A DNA stretch of 64,000 nt from Rhizodiscina lignyota (taxonomy: Eukaryota): positions 1,984,001 through 2,048,000 of the forward strand of contig ML978124.1 in assembly GCA_010015805.1 (NCBI GenBank). The letters run 5' to 3'. Under the pieces are notes generated by a model that searched no databases, had not been told where the DNA came from, and worked only from the letters and a program-made list of their open reading frames with translations. This document shows, in pieces, positions 23,324-35,711 of this stretch; position 1 is the first letter of the stretch, and each line of letters opens with the position of its first letter. Both the position numbers and the translations under genes were made by a program.

Positions 23324-24098
23324 ATGGGATCCACACGTGGGTATGTTGCTCTTCTTGGATTTTGCCGCGGTTTTCAACTGCTTCACAGTGGACGGCACCC
23401 CAGCCGAGGATAAGGGACACTATGTATAGCAGCCTTGCAACATGCTTCTTGGAGCAACATCAATGTTTCGCCCGACAAATCGAACAATTGCTTCAGGGCA
23501 AGGCTCGCTAGCAACGACTCCGGGTCACGGTTCTGAGGAGCCTCGCGACATTTGCCTTCCCAACAGTCTTTGCCAACTCATGTTCATTGACAACCACGGC
23601 GCGGGACAGTATGAGTACTGGCCCGACGGTTGTAAATCCAGACTTGGGACGGACGCTTAAAGGATGTTTGCGGATCGGACGTAAGAGACACATGAGAGAC
23701 ACTCAGGGACGACCGCCAACGAGAGCTGCGATGCTAGTGAGCTGAGGTAGGACAACTTACAACTGACACCCTGTGTAGACTCCTGGAACACGATTCGATG
23801 GCGTTGCGCCGCGAACACTACCGATTGCTGCTCGGACTCTGGATCACATCCAGACAGAGTTGAGCTACGGCTTATTCTATCTCCAACTCCTACGGCTATA
23901 GCACCATTCACTATAACTCTAACGGCGACGCCATCGATTGCGCCGACTTGCGATTCCAGGCTGTCCACAGGGGACAGGCCAATTCTTTATTCTACACCAT
24001 GTCGGGCACAAGGACTTCCGGATCTGTGACTCAGCCACATCAAAGCCGAACTGGAAGCATTTGTGAGACCAGCGGAACTGTCAACTGAACAGAAATGA
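23324..24098 (+). pseudogene. Decayed Cys-rich single-pass surface-protein gene (Mid2-like architecture)
   Basis: Fragments CFTVDGT..YV*QPCN, DICLPNSLCQ, YWPDGC, QTWDGRLKDVC, intron 23681-23750, LTPCVDS..RWRCAANTTDCC, Thr-rich stalk, AEL motifs; internal stops and frameshifts. Confidence 0.6.
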
Positions 24099-25006
24099 CA
24101 TGAGGAATTATTGCCTTGTGTACTTGAGTTCCATATCTGTGTAGTCGATATAATATAGTGCACTCGACTTTATCGTTCTCAACGGATTTCCCGTCTCAAC
24201 CGCTATCAGACCATATACCACGCTTATCCGGACCGTCCGGTCCTCGCTGATTTCCAACACAATCCAGAGGAATCCCTTCTCGACAGCCTGGCTCTGCAAA
24301 ACAGATTGATAGATAAGCACTGTTCTCGAACAAGCCTTCAATACACTGTATGGCTTGTCGAACCCATCCATTCACTTCATCAATGCACAACATCTGCTCG
24401 CAAACTGGACTAGCCCGACGGTTATTCGTAGACGTCGTAGCACCAGAGATCGCAAACTCCAGCTCTCTCTATCCAACAATTCTACATGCCATCCCTCCGC
24501 TATGATCACGCTCAAGTTAGTACTCTACGGCTCCTACTCAAGCTGCGTGGCAAAGCGACTAAAGGTGGTAAAACAGGAAGAGGAAGACGGTGATGAAGAG
24601 TAGGAGGAGAGCGATTGAGTGATAGCGAGAAGTGACGGATGTTGGACTGTGAAATTCAAAAGGACGCGCTGGAAGTTGACGCGCCGCCGAGATCGAATAG
24701 GAGCGAGAGACCATGAACGTAGCAGGCACATGCGTGACTTTTATGTTGTCAATATGTCTTTAATTTACTGAAGTCTTTACTCGTTTAAAGTGAAGATTAT
24801 TCTTCTGGGCAAGCTTTTACTCCGTAACGTGTAAGTCTGAAAGTTCATGCGGCAAAGTTTAGAAGTTGTTCGCAGCTTCCCACCTACTCTAGGCGTTTTC
24901 AGTCATTACCGACGTACCGCATTGACAACAAATACGCAAAAAAGAGTTACTTGTTTTATTTTTATCACGGCCACCTAAATAAATAAGAAACCAAAACCAA
25001 AAGAAA

Positions 25007-25097
25007 AGGACACGCCGAGGATCGAACTCGGAACCTTCCGCGGCTTCTCCGTGCAAGGCGTGTGAAGCGGAAATCATAACCATTAGAACACGCGTCC
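25007..25097 (-). tRNA. tRNA-Val(CAC) with 18-nt intron
   Basis: GGACGCG/CGTGTCC acceptor stem, TCCGC-TT-CAC-A-[intron]-C-GCGGA anticodon arm, CCGAG-TTCGATC-CTCGG T arm, followed by T-rich Pol III terminator. Confidence 0.88.
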
Positions 25098-25313
25098 TAA
25101 AAACCAATGAAAATTTTTTCCAATGTTGAATATTATCAATGCAACTTAGGCAGTTGGCAACTTTCTAAGTCCGATGCAGCAGGGCAGGTCATTCGTTGTA
25201 ACTACCGTTGCATCTTCTGTTTATCCACCAAGGCACATCAAGTTGGGAGTTGCAATTGCACTCCCGTAGTTTCGGAGGAAATGTAGCCGCGATGCATCGA
25301 ATCAAAAGCGCCC

Positions 25314-25466
25314 AATTCGATCCTCGGTCAAGTAACACGTAACGATATAGGACTTAGTGTTTAAATAGAACTATTGTAGATGACTTGTATCTTAAATAAA
25401 GCTTCGAATTCGATCCTCGGTCAAGTAACACGTAACGATATACAATTAGGTGTTGAAAGAGAACTA
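25314..25466 (+). repeat. 93-nt-period direct duplication with exact 36-nt core
   Basis: aattcgatcctcggtcaagtaacacgtaacgatata at 25314-25349 and 25407-25442, then diverged similarity. Confidence 0.9.
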
Positions 25467-26148
25467 CCTAAGCAAGTTGCCCCGTATATCTGTGTTATAT
25501 TAAAGCCAGCAAACCAGTTTGAAGAGCTAAGTTAAATACGTATTTTTTTGTTTTAGGTAGGGTGTCCGGGTAGGTACCCAGGTACCATAACAACCTATTC
25601 ACGCAACTAATCGGGCTTTGACTTTTAGATCATTCTGCACGTTTATAAAGATCCCCTTTCATCATGCGTACACCCGCTTTAATTTTAATGTCTTTAGGGG
25701 ACAAAGGTTGCTTGATTTGAGATCTTTGCCAGATCGTGCTTCGTCGTTACAAATTTTTCATTTATCTCTACGGAGAAGTTCCGAAGAAATCTGTTACGCG
25801 GGCATAGGCCTCAGACATCTATGGCGAATATGCCCTCCCGATCGGCCTGCTTCGCTATCATGCGGCGCTCAAGGACGTTGCAAGGGTCACTAGTAGACGC
25901 GGATGCTGAATTCCCTTGTGATTATGGCTTTAGCCTTACGCAATAAATAAAGAGAGATACAGCAGTCTAAGAAGAATCACAAAGAGAAATCATTGGCAGA
26001 GAATTTCTTCTCGATAAACTGGAATGGGCCTCAGATCGAATCGATCACATACATACATTCAAGTTGGCCAACCGTTAAACGCTATCAATTTCGTCGAACA
26101 TTATGCATTGCTCTCCAGTACTTTTAACACAATTCGATCACCACTCCT

Positions 26149-27589
26149 TTAGAATCTGGCTTCGACCTTCTGCTCAACATCTTGCAGCGCAAAATCACTC
26201 CTCATGGACTTGCTCCGAACTCTGTCGGCCTCTTCCTTTGTGAAGCCCTTGGCCACAACTGCTGGATTGTATCCCAGCCCAGTGATCTTTGCAACCTCAG
26301 CATCAGACACCTTGGGCGCAGGCCTGCCATCAGCGCGCTTGTACACGCTGCAGACTACGGCGCCACCCAGGCCCAGATTGTGTTGCAAGCAAGCACTCGT
26401 ATTCTCCACCGCACGGTTCGTAGCCCATCCACGGAGATGCCAGACCAGTTCAGCACACTGAGCGATACCAGAAGCACCAAGAGGATGACCCTTGCTGATC
26501 AGACCTCCAGACGGGTTGATGAGATAGCGGCCACCAAACGTAATGTCGCCACGGCGGACGAGCTCGTGCGCCTTACCATGCTCGCAGAGCCCAAGGGCAT
26601 CTATCGTAACCATCTCGTTTGCAGAGAAACAGTCGTGCAGCTCGACAATCTTGATCTGGTCAACACCAACATTCGCCTCCGACAAAGCCTTCTGGCATGC
26701 CGTCTTGGACATGTCGTAGCCGACCAGTTCAATGCTGCTCTTGTTGAAAAGCTTGGGGCTGTCGGTAGCAAGGACTTGACCGGCGATCAGGACGGCCTGA
26801 GACTTGAGTTCAGGACGGGCGTCGAGGAAGGCTTGAGAGACGAGAACGGCAGCTGCACCACCGTCAGATGTTGGGCAGCATTGGAGTTTCGTGAGAGGGG
26901 CGTGGATCATGTTCGACTTGAGTATTTGGTCGAGGGTGTATTCATCTTGGAACTGGGAGTACGGGTTGTTCTTGCTGTGTGCGTGGTTGATGCGTCCAAT
27001 CTCTGCAAAATCTTCTGCTTTTGCACCGAACCTATCAAGTAATGCGTCAATACTTTCGGACTATCAATGGATCGGGAGAGAATTCAGCTCACTTCTCCAT
27101 ATACTCTCGTCCAGCGTTGCCGAAAAGCTGTGCAGCACCGGGAGCATTTGTGATACCTCGAGTCTCCTTCAGGACGAGATTCGAGGTGGCGGTCGGATTA
27201 CTCCTGTCCTGGAAGAAGGTCTGAAGGCTTCCTGGGAACATCTTCTCGAAGCCGACGACGAGCACGCAGTCTGCGGCACCGTGGCTGATCATCGTCTTGC
27301 CCATGTACAGTCCGGTCGAGCCAGTCGAGCAGTTGTTATTAACATTGTAGATGGGGATCTGGGTCATGCCGAATTGGTAGAAGACGCGCTGGCCGCAGGT
27401 GCTGTCGCCATAGCAGTAACATGCGATACCTTGCTCAACATCATCGTAATTAATCTTAGCGTCCAGCATGGCCTTGACACCAGCTTCAAAGCCCAGCTCC
27501 GTGTAGTCAATCTTGCCACGGGGCTTGACGAACTTCGTCATGCCCACCCCCAGCACGTAGACTGGCTGCGCTTGTCTGTTCTTGCCCAT
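26149..27589 (-). CDS. SCP2-type thiolase (sterol carrier protein X thiolase domain), 1 intron ~27034-27092
   Basis: VYVLGVGMTKF, NVNNNCSTGS, QCCPTSDG, ELHDCFS, NPSGGLISKGHPLGA, QHNLGLGG; ends ARF. Confidence 0.93.
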
Positions 27590-29040
27590 CTTTGCGGCTT
27601 ACTCTGTGGGGATATGGCACGGTAAGGACGGAGAGATGAAATTTGTTGAAGACGAGATGATGCACAAACGAAGAGAGCACGGTCAAGTCGATTACAGCTT
27701 CGATTCAAAGAAATAAGAACAGCAGCGGAGGTTAGGATGATATTCGCCCCAGCCCACCGGCAAAGGTGGACGTCTCTCCACATGCGGCGTTTCGATTCCC
27801 CAGATTGCCGCCTCGACCGTCGACGCGACCTCGGCTCTGGATTGGGACGAACACCCACCGGCAAAGTTCTGCCGCCTGTTGGACGGTCCTTATTCGGTGG
27901 AATTTACGACCTCCACTGGCCACTTGAACTCTCCATCATGATTTCAAAATTAATAAAGACTGGAGAACTTGGATTTTCTTTCGTCGTCTTTTGTAATAGC
28001 GTTTTTGAAGGCAGAGTATCAACTCTAGAAATTTAGGGGACCTCGGAACGCATACTCCTGAGACACTACTTTTCACAAGTCCCCGCGCGAGAGTAGCCCT
28101 TCTTTTCTGATGTTCTACCAATAAGGTCGAGCCAATTTATCGTCGTGCTGTCTAAGTGGTGCATTTGCCATTTAATGGCTAATTGCTCGTTTGTCTCAGG
28201 ATTAAGACCACTCCCAGACAGTCCTACTAGTTATCAATTATATGTATCCAGCCTTGTAGCTAATTGCCAAATTGAATCGTTTGGAGTGAAACTCTTTTGC
28301 ATTTGTATACTAATCACACCTTTGGCTCCTGAGGAGGTGCTATCTTGATGGATATCCAATTGCCGAAATGTGCCGCGCTATACCGGAGGAACGATGCTAG
28401 GCTCGTTGATACGTATTTGTAACCTGGAAGCATGTTCTCGGCGAATCGTAAATATATTGCTATTAGGCCTTCACGGAAGCTAGTGTGACAAAGAATAGCA
28501 CTCTCTCCCAGGTCAATTACTGCAACATAATTATAAGTATTGTCTTAGAAGGTCTAGTAGAGACTTTCATAGTACATTTTCCACAGACTTTACGACAAAG
28601 TCTTAGATTTTCTTTACAATTAATTGATTATCTAAGAGATAAGTTGTTCGATAATAAGACCCAACCTCTACACTATCAGCATGTGTGGCAGCACCGAAAT
28701 GTTTGCGTTGGCAAGTGCAAGAAGGCATTGGGAGCCGGTTCAGGGTTGATATTGGCACTATAGGCGCTCAATTCTACGAACAATAGCGGTAACCATAAGG
28801 AATAGTTTGAAATAGAGATTTGAATTCTGCTTCCACCGGAATTGCTATATTGAAGGACGTTGATGTTCCATTCATAGCACTGAGACGGATCAGGAACATA
28901 GTGGGCCCGTGTGGCTGGGTGGCTTGGAAGCTTGGCGCGCCTCCAGCTTCTCTTCCTGGAAGTTCGCGAAGTGACGCGATGCCCAGGCACAACTTTAACA
29001 ATTCCCCTCCAACCTTCAACCTTCCTCCACACATATCACA

Positions 29041-30571
29041 ATGGAGGTTCATACGGCAGCGCCTCTTTATTCCTCAAATGGCTTCGGCCAGTCTGAGGCT
29101 TTCAACTCAACCGACGCGGGCGCAATGGACGTCGATGAAATGGACATCGATCTCACTGGCGACCCGGAGCTTGTTACTCGAGAAGATGCGGCCATAACGC
29201 AAGTAAGTTCGCCTTCTTTTTACATATTTCAGCTGCTTCTTAGCTAAAACAGGAACAATGTAGAGCTTTGGATCAGAACCACCGATCACCGGAATCAGTC
29301 CTGCCGCCGCCCTTTCCGCAGAGATGGAAACCGACGCAGCTCCAGACAAAGTCTTCATTTGGGGATTAGATGATCTCACTACCGAAGACATCGAACGCTT
29401 CGTATCTGAATACTATCCTACAGAGCACTTCGTCAAGGTCCAGTGGATAAACGACCAGTCTGCGAACATCATCTACACGGATTCAGAAGCTGCTACACAA
29501 GCACTCATAGCCTTCACGGATGACTCCCAAGTGGATCTAGCATCGATACAGCCTCGGGAGGCGCGTCGAGCAAAGCCACTTTCATGGCGAGACACACCCG
29601 GCGATTGGACGGTTCGGCAAGCTACAGTCGCAGACAAGAAGGTGCCGCGAGCGCGCGAACAGAGTCGGTTCTATCTGATGAATCCAGATAAGGACCCAAA
29701 AGAGAGGAGAGAACGGAACGACGCAAGGCGGGATGAGCGAGGTGACTACAAGCGAAGGAGATTCGATGATCGGGAACATCGACGAAGGAGGGATGGAGAC
29801 AGATTCGATGTGAATATGTATGACGATGATGCCGGAGAAGTGACATACTCAAATCGATCGACATCCGCGGATGGGCGGAAGCCTCAGCGGAGGGCGAGAC
29901 GTGGCAGCGATGATCTGTTTGGTGGCAAAGCAGCGGGCAGGGCAGGTGGACGTCTACGAAATCGCAGTGCGTCTCCTTTGAGGGATGGCGATGGCCGCAT
30001 GGGCTTTGAGGACGACCAACCAAGGCGCCGGACAGCACGTCAACGAAGCGTAACACCAGAACATTTGCGCAGACCTGTGGACAGAGATTACTCTCAGTCG
30101 AATACCGGCAAGGAGCTCTTCCCCGCCTCAGGGACTACTTCTGGCCTCACGGAGTCTGATGGAGCTGCTCAGGAGTTATTTCCGAACAAGTCGTCCCCTG
30201 TCAAAGCACCCAAGGAGCTTTTCCCGCACAGGACGCCTATCAGTAACCATCGTCGAACAGCAGCTTTCGATGCGGCAGACGAGACTTCGAAGTACTCCAA
30301 ACCTCGCAGTTTGGCGGAGAGAATTACCGGCGGACCTAGAAGCAACGTCCATGATCGGCCGGTATCAAGGACTAGGCGAGACGAGGAGCAAGGTTTCGAT
30401 ATACGTGGAGCTGCAAGCCCAGGCTTTAACATTCGAGGTGCAGCTGCTGATGCATCGAGCGTTAAAGAGCTCTTCCCGCTCAAGGCCGGACCAAACGCGG
30501 GAAAGGAACTATTCGGGGAAAAGATCAAAGGACGAGGCGGGGCGAGGAGGAAGGCCGAGGACATGTTTTGA
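29041..30571 (+). CDS. NCBP3: Nuclear cap-binding protein subunit 3-like, intron 29203-29263
   Basis: PDKVFIWGLDDLTTEDI, VQWINDQSANIIY, SRFYL; R/D-rich region and repeated KELFP motifs. Confidence 0.82.
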
Positions 30572-32161
30572 GCATATCGTCGCGTGCTCAAGAAAAGCAG
30601 AGTCATTGACGTGCATGATCAGCATTTACAGACGCACTTCGGTACCGCAAGAGCTTCATCGGGGGATTCTTTGCTCAGAGCAGGGGAACTAGCGGGTATA
30701 CCATCGACTTCTTGTTTCCATTAGACTTTGCGTCGGCTAGCCACGAGCGATCGTAGCGAAAGCGAGCCCTGGATGCGGTATGCATCAAAATGAAAATCCC
30801 ATGAAATTACCTATTGCTTCTGACTTGAGCAAAAATGGTCAGAGAAGACTTTGCACAAATTCTGCAGGTAGAATGACGGGTTCAGTATTTGCACCGCGGC
30901 GGGAATAAGCAACAACCAGACGCGGCAATTCACCGCCTTACGAAAGCAGCTGGCAGCGCTCAACGTCTTCAGCTCGTCCAGTATGTATCTGGCTGATGAA
31001 GATTCGAATGTGGATCCCGCCGCGTCCACAAGAGAGGCTTGCGATGCCCTGCAGTAGGGTAAGAATGTGGAGCCCGGCTCGTCGAGCGCTTCTTACGTGC
31101 CCTATCAGCCAATTCTAGGCACTGGAGGCGAGATTTCGTGCATCACAAGCTTCACATCACGGCCGCTCTCTTTCCGTATTGTATGAAGCAGCGCAACTGC
31201 AGCGAATGCAGTGCCAGGATGCGCATCGAGTGCGTGCAGGAGGGCAAAAACCGTGAATGTCAGGCCGCAGCAGCTCTGGCAGCCCTGGTACGCCGCTGCA
31301 CGCCACACCACGCGAGACAAGCACATCGCCGTGCTACTCATTCACGAACGTGCTCGGCGTGCAATTTCTTCGGATCACTTCCCGAATCGACCGCGTGCGC
31401 AGTTCGTCTGAATGCGCTCGAATCGAGGGTCCATCGCCGATGCGGCCACGAGATCTTGTGCGACGCTGTCTATACGGCTCGAACATCTGCCTTCTGGCCT
31501 GCAATTGGGCGGCGAGGATAGAGGGGAGGCGCAACGGTCAAGTACGTAAACGAGCAACGGTCACGCTTTGCCGCAAGCAATGCCCGTGCATACTCGATGT
31601 CGTCTTTTCTTTTTGCGCGGGGCGGCTCCGGGGGCACGGTCGAGCCCTGTCCCTGATGTCAATTTGCAATGGGACCCATGGGGGGCAGTGGCATGAAAAG
31701 CTGTCCGCCGCTCTCGATGACAATCAGAGTGCTCATCCGACGCCGGTAATTCATGCCAATTCAGGCCGTGTTGAGGCCGTGACCGTGTAGTTCGTAGCTA
31801 CACTGCGCGCCTGCTTATCGGCCGCGAGCGGCTTCAACTTGGCATTCCTCTCCTCTCAACCTTCTCTGCAACCGACACTCTATCTCAACTCGCCAATTGG
31901 ATAACCTTGGCCAATCTCCAGCATCGTCTCCCGTTCTGCCCTTTCGTCAATTGTATTAGCCTCCTGTGCACCCGATCAAGGTGCCCCCGGGCTGGACGAC
32001 ATACACCTCGCCTTAGGGCCGATACTAGCCGGAACGGTGTGAGAAGGCCAGCCAACCCGCCACCAGCAATTGCAGCCGTACCTGGATCGCGTCTATATCA
32101 CTTCGCGCCATTCCTCCGACTTTTATTTTTGCAGGGGAGAAGCTATCATTAACGTAGGGCG

Positions 32162-35100
32162 ATGAAATACGGGCAGACGCTCAAACAGCGCTCAATACTC
32201 GAATGGGGCCATTGTAAGTTATGAAGGGACCCCGTAATACTGCCTTTCATGTGACGCTGACGAACGGCGACAGACAACCTCGACTACGATGAAGTCAAAC
32301 ATCTCATCAAGGAACATACATCACCCGGCAAGGGCAAGGCTGTTTCAATTCCCGGCCGAGGCAATGTGAGCGAACGCGACTTTGAGAGCTTGCTCTTCAA
32401 TGTCTTGCGCGATCAATTCGTTCGAATTGAGCTCTTCGTCAAGAGCAAAAATGGGGAGATTGAGCGAAGACTAGGTGAGCTCACATCGAGAGATCGAGAT
32501 TCTCTAAACTTTCAACTGACTTTCATTTCGTGATGTAGATCATCTCTCGCGCCAAATCAGAGTATTCCGCAACCAAATCCACCTTGAACAGTCCTCCAAC
32601 CTTCCCATCCGTCGTCTCGAACGATATGCCAGAATAGAGTCGGACATACTCAGAGCTGGTCAAGAGATTCGGTCGCTGTCTCGATTCGTGGGGGCACAGC
32701 GTCTGGGCTTTCTGAAGCTTCTGAAGAAGTATCGGAAGTGGACGGGATCTACAAAGCTCCCCGAGCGATTCAAGTCTGAAGTTCTCGACCAGTCTCTTGT
32801 TCTTTCGAGGCATAATCTTGATGCTCTGCTGGATCACTGGGCAGAAGTACTGCATGCGTTTCGTGCGCCCTTCGAGGCTTTGACCGCGAAGAATAACCCT
32901 TTGAGGAGATTCTCTAGTGTTAGGCCTCCAGGGGGGCGGGATGCTTCATCGACTATAATCCAACAATTGCAATATGCCTCGAGCAATCAGTCGGAAGTAG
33001 ATTTTGACACTGCTTTCGTTACGCTACCCATCGGAGACGCTGGTCAAAAGGCTGTATACTGGATCCACCCCGATCAAGTAGTCGAGATTACAGTGTTACT
33101 CCTTCAATACCTTCGTCTACTCTCGCCAAAGGGCGGACCGTCAGGCTCGAGTGCTCCCCAAAGCGCCAGAGGTTCGAGAAAGTCGTCAGTGTCCAAAGGC
33201 ACCCTGTCTAGACATGACTCGATTTCCTCGCCAGATGCAGAGATCGATGCTGGTTTGTGCATCATCGACGATATAGACGATTTTGCCCAAAAGCAGAGCA
33301 GCAGTACCTACAATGAAATACAACACCCCGCTAGTGGAAGCAAGGCACCAGTTGGCCGCTTCAGGTGGACGTCGAAGAGCGACGCAGTCTTCGTCCTCAA
33401 GTCTGTGCAACAAGGTGCCGTTGACTTGCCGTGCGGATACAGGGCAACGAGATTGAAACGAAAATATCTCGATGACTATCTTGATACGCGACAACCTTTC
33501 ACCAAGACCCGTCGTGCGTCAATTCCTGCTGATGATGGAAATTTGGAGGCAAGGCAAAGCAGTCCTGAAGCTCTCAATCAAGCGAGAACATGGCTTGAGA
33601 AGAATGAGAGGGTGAAACCACTTGCCACTGTGGCCAGCAAGAGAACAAGGTTCACGGGTCTTATGAATGAGCATTCTCATGGACAATGGGCCGTGCTGGA
33701 CCAGAACATCTACATGGCTCCAGCTGCTCCAGCTCAGCTCTGTGGAAATGAATGGACAGTTCATTGCCGCAATGAGGGCACACACTTTCCCTACGCCGTG
33801 CTGCAGGTTAGGCAAGAAGGTGTACTTGCCATGGATCTTATTGACCTGCTTGATCGGAACTATTTGGTTCGTCACGAACGATATGATATGTCCGTTGTTA
33901 TAAGCTAATCGAACTGAATAGACTGAACGTGTCCGCGGCTTTAGCCTCGAGGCTCAAGCTGTCTGGACGTCATGCAAGCCTACCTCGATGGCCCCACCAT
34001 CATGGGTAAGTTCAAACCAGCACGAAAAAGCTCATTAGGGTGCATTCTATAAACTAAGCCAGTACAGCTCCCACTGCTCGAGCGAGACATTCGGAAACTT
34101 CCTACAAAGGAGGCCCCACAGAGACCACACTCGATCGTAGCATTCTCACAATCGGATTCTGTTTCTGCGCCATCAGATCTTGATGGCGCTGGAGATCTAA
34201 GCAGTAGCACTGGAGGTCGTCCAACCTATTCTTCACAAACTTCCTGGAATCCATCAACCGGAGCGCAGGCGGGAGAGTCAAGCTCATCCACTCCAATCAT
34301 TGCTCCAAAGGAGAAGCCGAAGAAGAAGAAGAGGAAATTGAGGCTACCTCCAGAGATTCCCAAGGAGGCTCCAATTGAACAGGGATATTGGAACGAGTAC
34401 GACTTCCCAGACGAGGAAGAAGACAACAGCGCATACGTGCTTTATGTCGACCCCAACGCTGCAGTTGGGTATCCCGGCCAGGAGACGTTAGAAAAGATTG
34501 TCCATTGGATACGCAATCCTTTCAAGCATCCTGATGAAGAACGACAGCTGCTCCTGAGTCCTACCGAAACCCTTGACATCTCCCCAGGATCACCAGGCGG
34601 AGACGACGAAGAAAGCTCGTCTGATGAAGCGAGTCCCACTGTCAAAAGGAGAAGCTATGGCACGATCGTTTCTATTCCTAGTCCTCCACCCGGCGAGGAG
34701 GATACCTCGTTTTTCACCCACTTGAACCCTTTCGCCCAGACGAAGAAGATGAAGAAGGTGAAGCTACGACGCAAGTCTGCCCACCAGCACCAGCACCTTG
34801 ACCCCTTCACAGCAGAAATCGAACGCCAGTTCCTTGCCCGCGAGTCATCTAAGCTGCGCACTTGTCTCACCTCACTCGCCGCATCCGTCGCCATCCTTGT
34901 CGTTGTTTTCGTTCTCGCGGCCACGGGACGCCGCAGGCAGCTCGGCACGGTCGACGAGGGCATCATGTTCGGCGTCGTCACCAGCCTGCTATTCGCGATG
35001 GTCGGCGTCGGCTACATGCTGAGCCTGTCCTGGGACGGCTGGGAAGGCGAGGATAGGGGCAAGCATTTGACGAGGAAGCGCATCATTCGGGCTGCCATTG

Positions 35101-35162
35101 GCATCTTGTTCATTGCGATTTGCGTTGCGAATGGGAGCCTGATTGCTTTCATGGTGGCTTGA
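32162..35162 (+). CDS. SPX + VTC domain membrane protein (Vtc5-like), 4 introns
   Basis: MKYGQTLKQRSILEW|NLDYDEVK, GFLKLLKKYRKW (SPX); YWIHPDQ, FPYAVLQVR, ERVRGFSLE (VTC); YWNEYD; three C-terminal TM helices. Confidence 0.85.
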
Positions 35163-35711
35163 CAGCCCTTTGGTTCATGAGTATTTCGGGTTATGACCAT
35201 AGCATTCTTAAGCGGCATCGCTGCGGGGTGTAAATGCATTCGTGATGATCACGGCCTTGGGTGCTGAGCGTAAGATAGGATATCGGGAATTTGAATTGCT
35301 TTCCTCAATCTTGACTGTGTTAATGTTCTTTGCTTTCTAAAGTTTAAATGATGGTTGTATGGCGTCCAACACAAGTGAGTCCCACTGCGAACGCCACAAC
35401 AATACCTCATATTCGAATCGTGCGCGGGACAACAGCGTCGGAATTTCGACGTAGATCTAATATAGCAGATGGTATTTGCTCGCACGCTGTGAGTGGAACT
35501 AATGATTGGAGTAACACGGCATGTCTTTCGATGAATCCCATTCAAAACTGCCAGAAACTATATTTGCAATACGCCAGCCGAACAACATGATTTCGAGGCA
35601 CAGAATTTCGCTTCTTAAGAGACAAGCCACCGCAACCGAGTACCTCGAGTAGGCAGATAATAAAAGGCCATCACAGAAGCGACCGGGATCGTTCAAGTCC
35701 AATATCAGGCT

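Noticed and set aside
25007..25097. Reading the tRNA as a UCA suppressor/Sec tRNA (CT-TCA-CA)
   Set aside because: Needs a shifted stem, a worse D arm and C37; the CAC register gives a canonical 73-nt cloverleaf.
27900..28850. AT-richer stretch as a RIP-decayed transposon
   Set aside because: No terminal repeats or transposase/RT remnants visible; RIP indices not computed.
30700..32100. Short GC-rich ORFs upstream of the SPX-VTC gene (also 45600-46400 and 56600-57700)
   Set aside because: Promoter-like GC-rich DNA; Arg/Cys/Ala-rich translations with no motifs.
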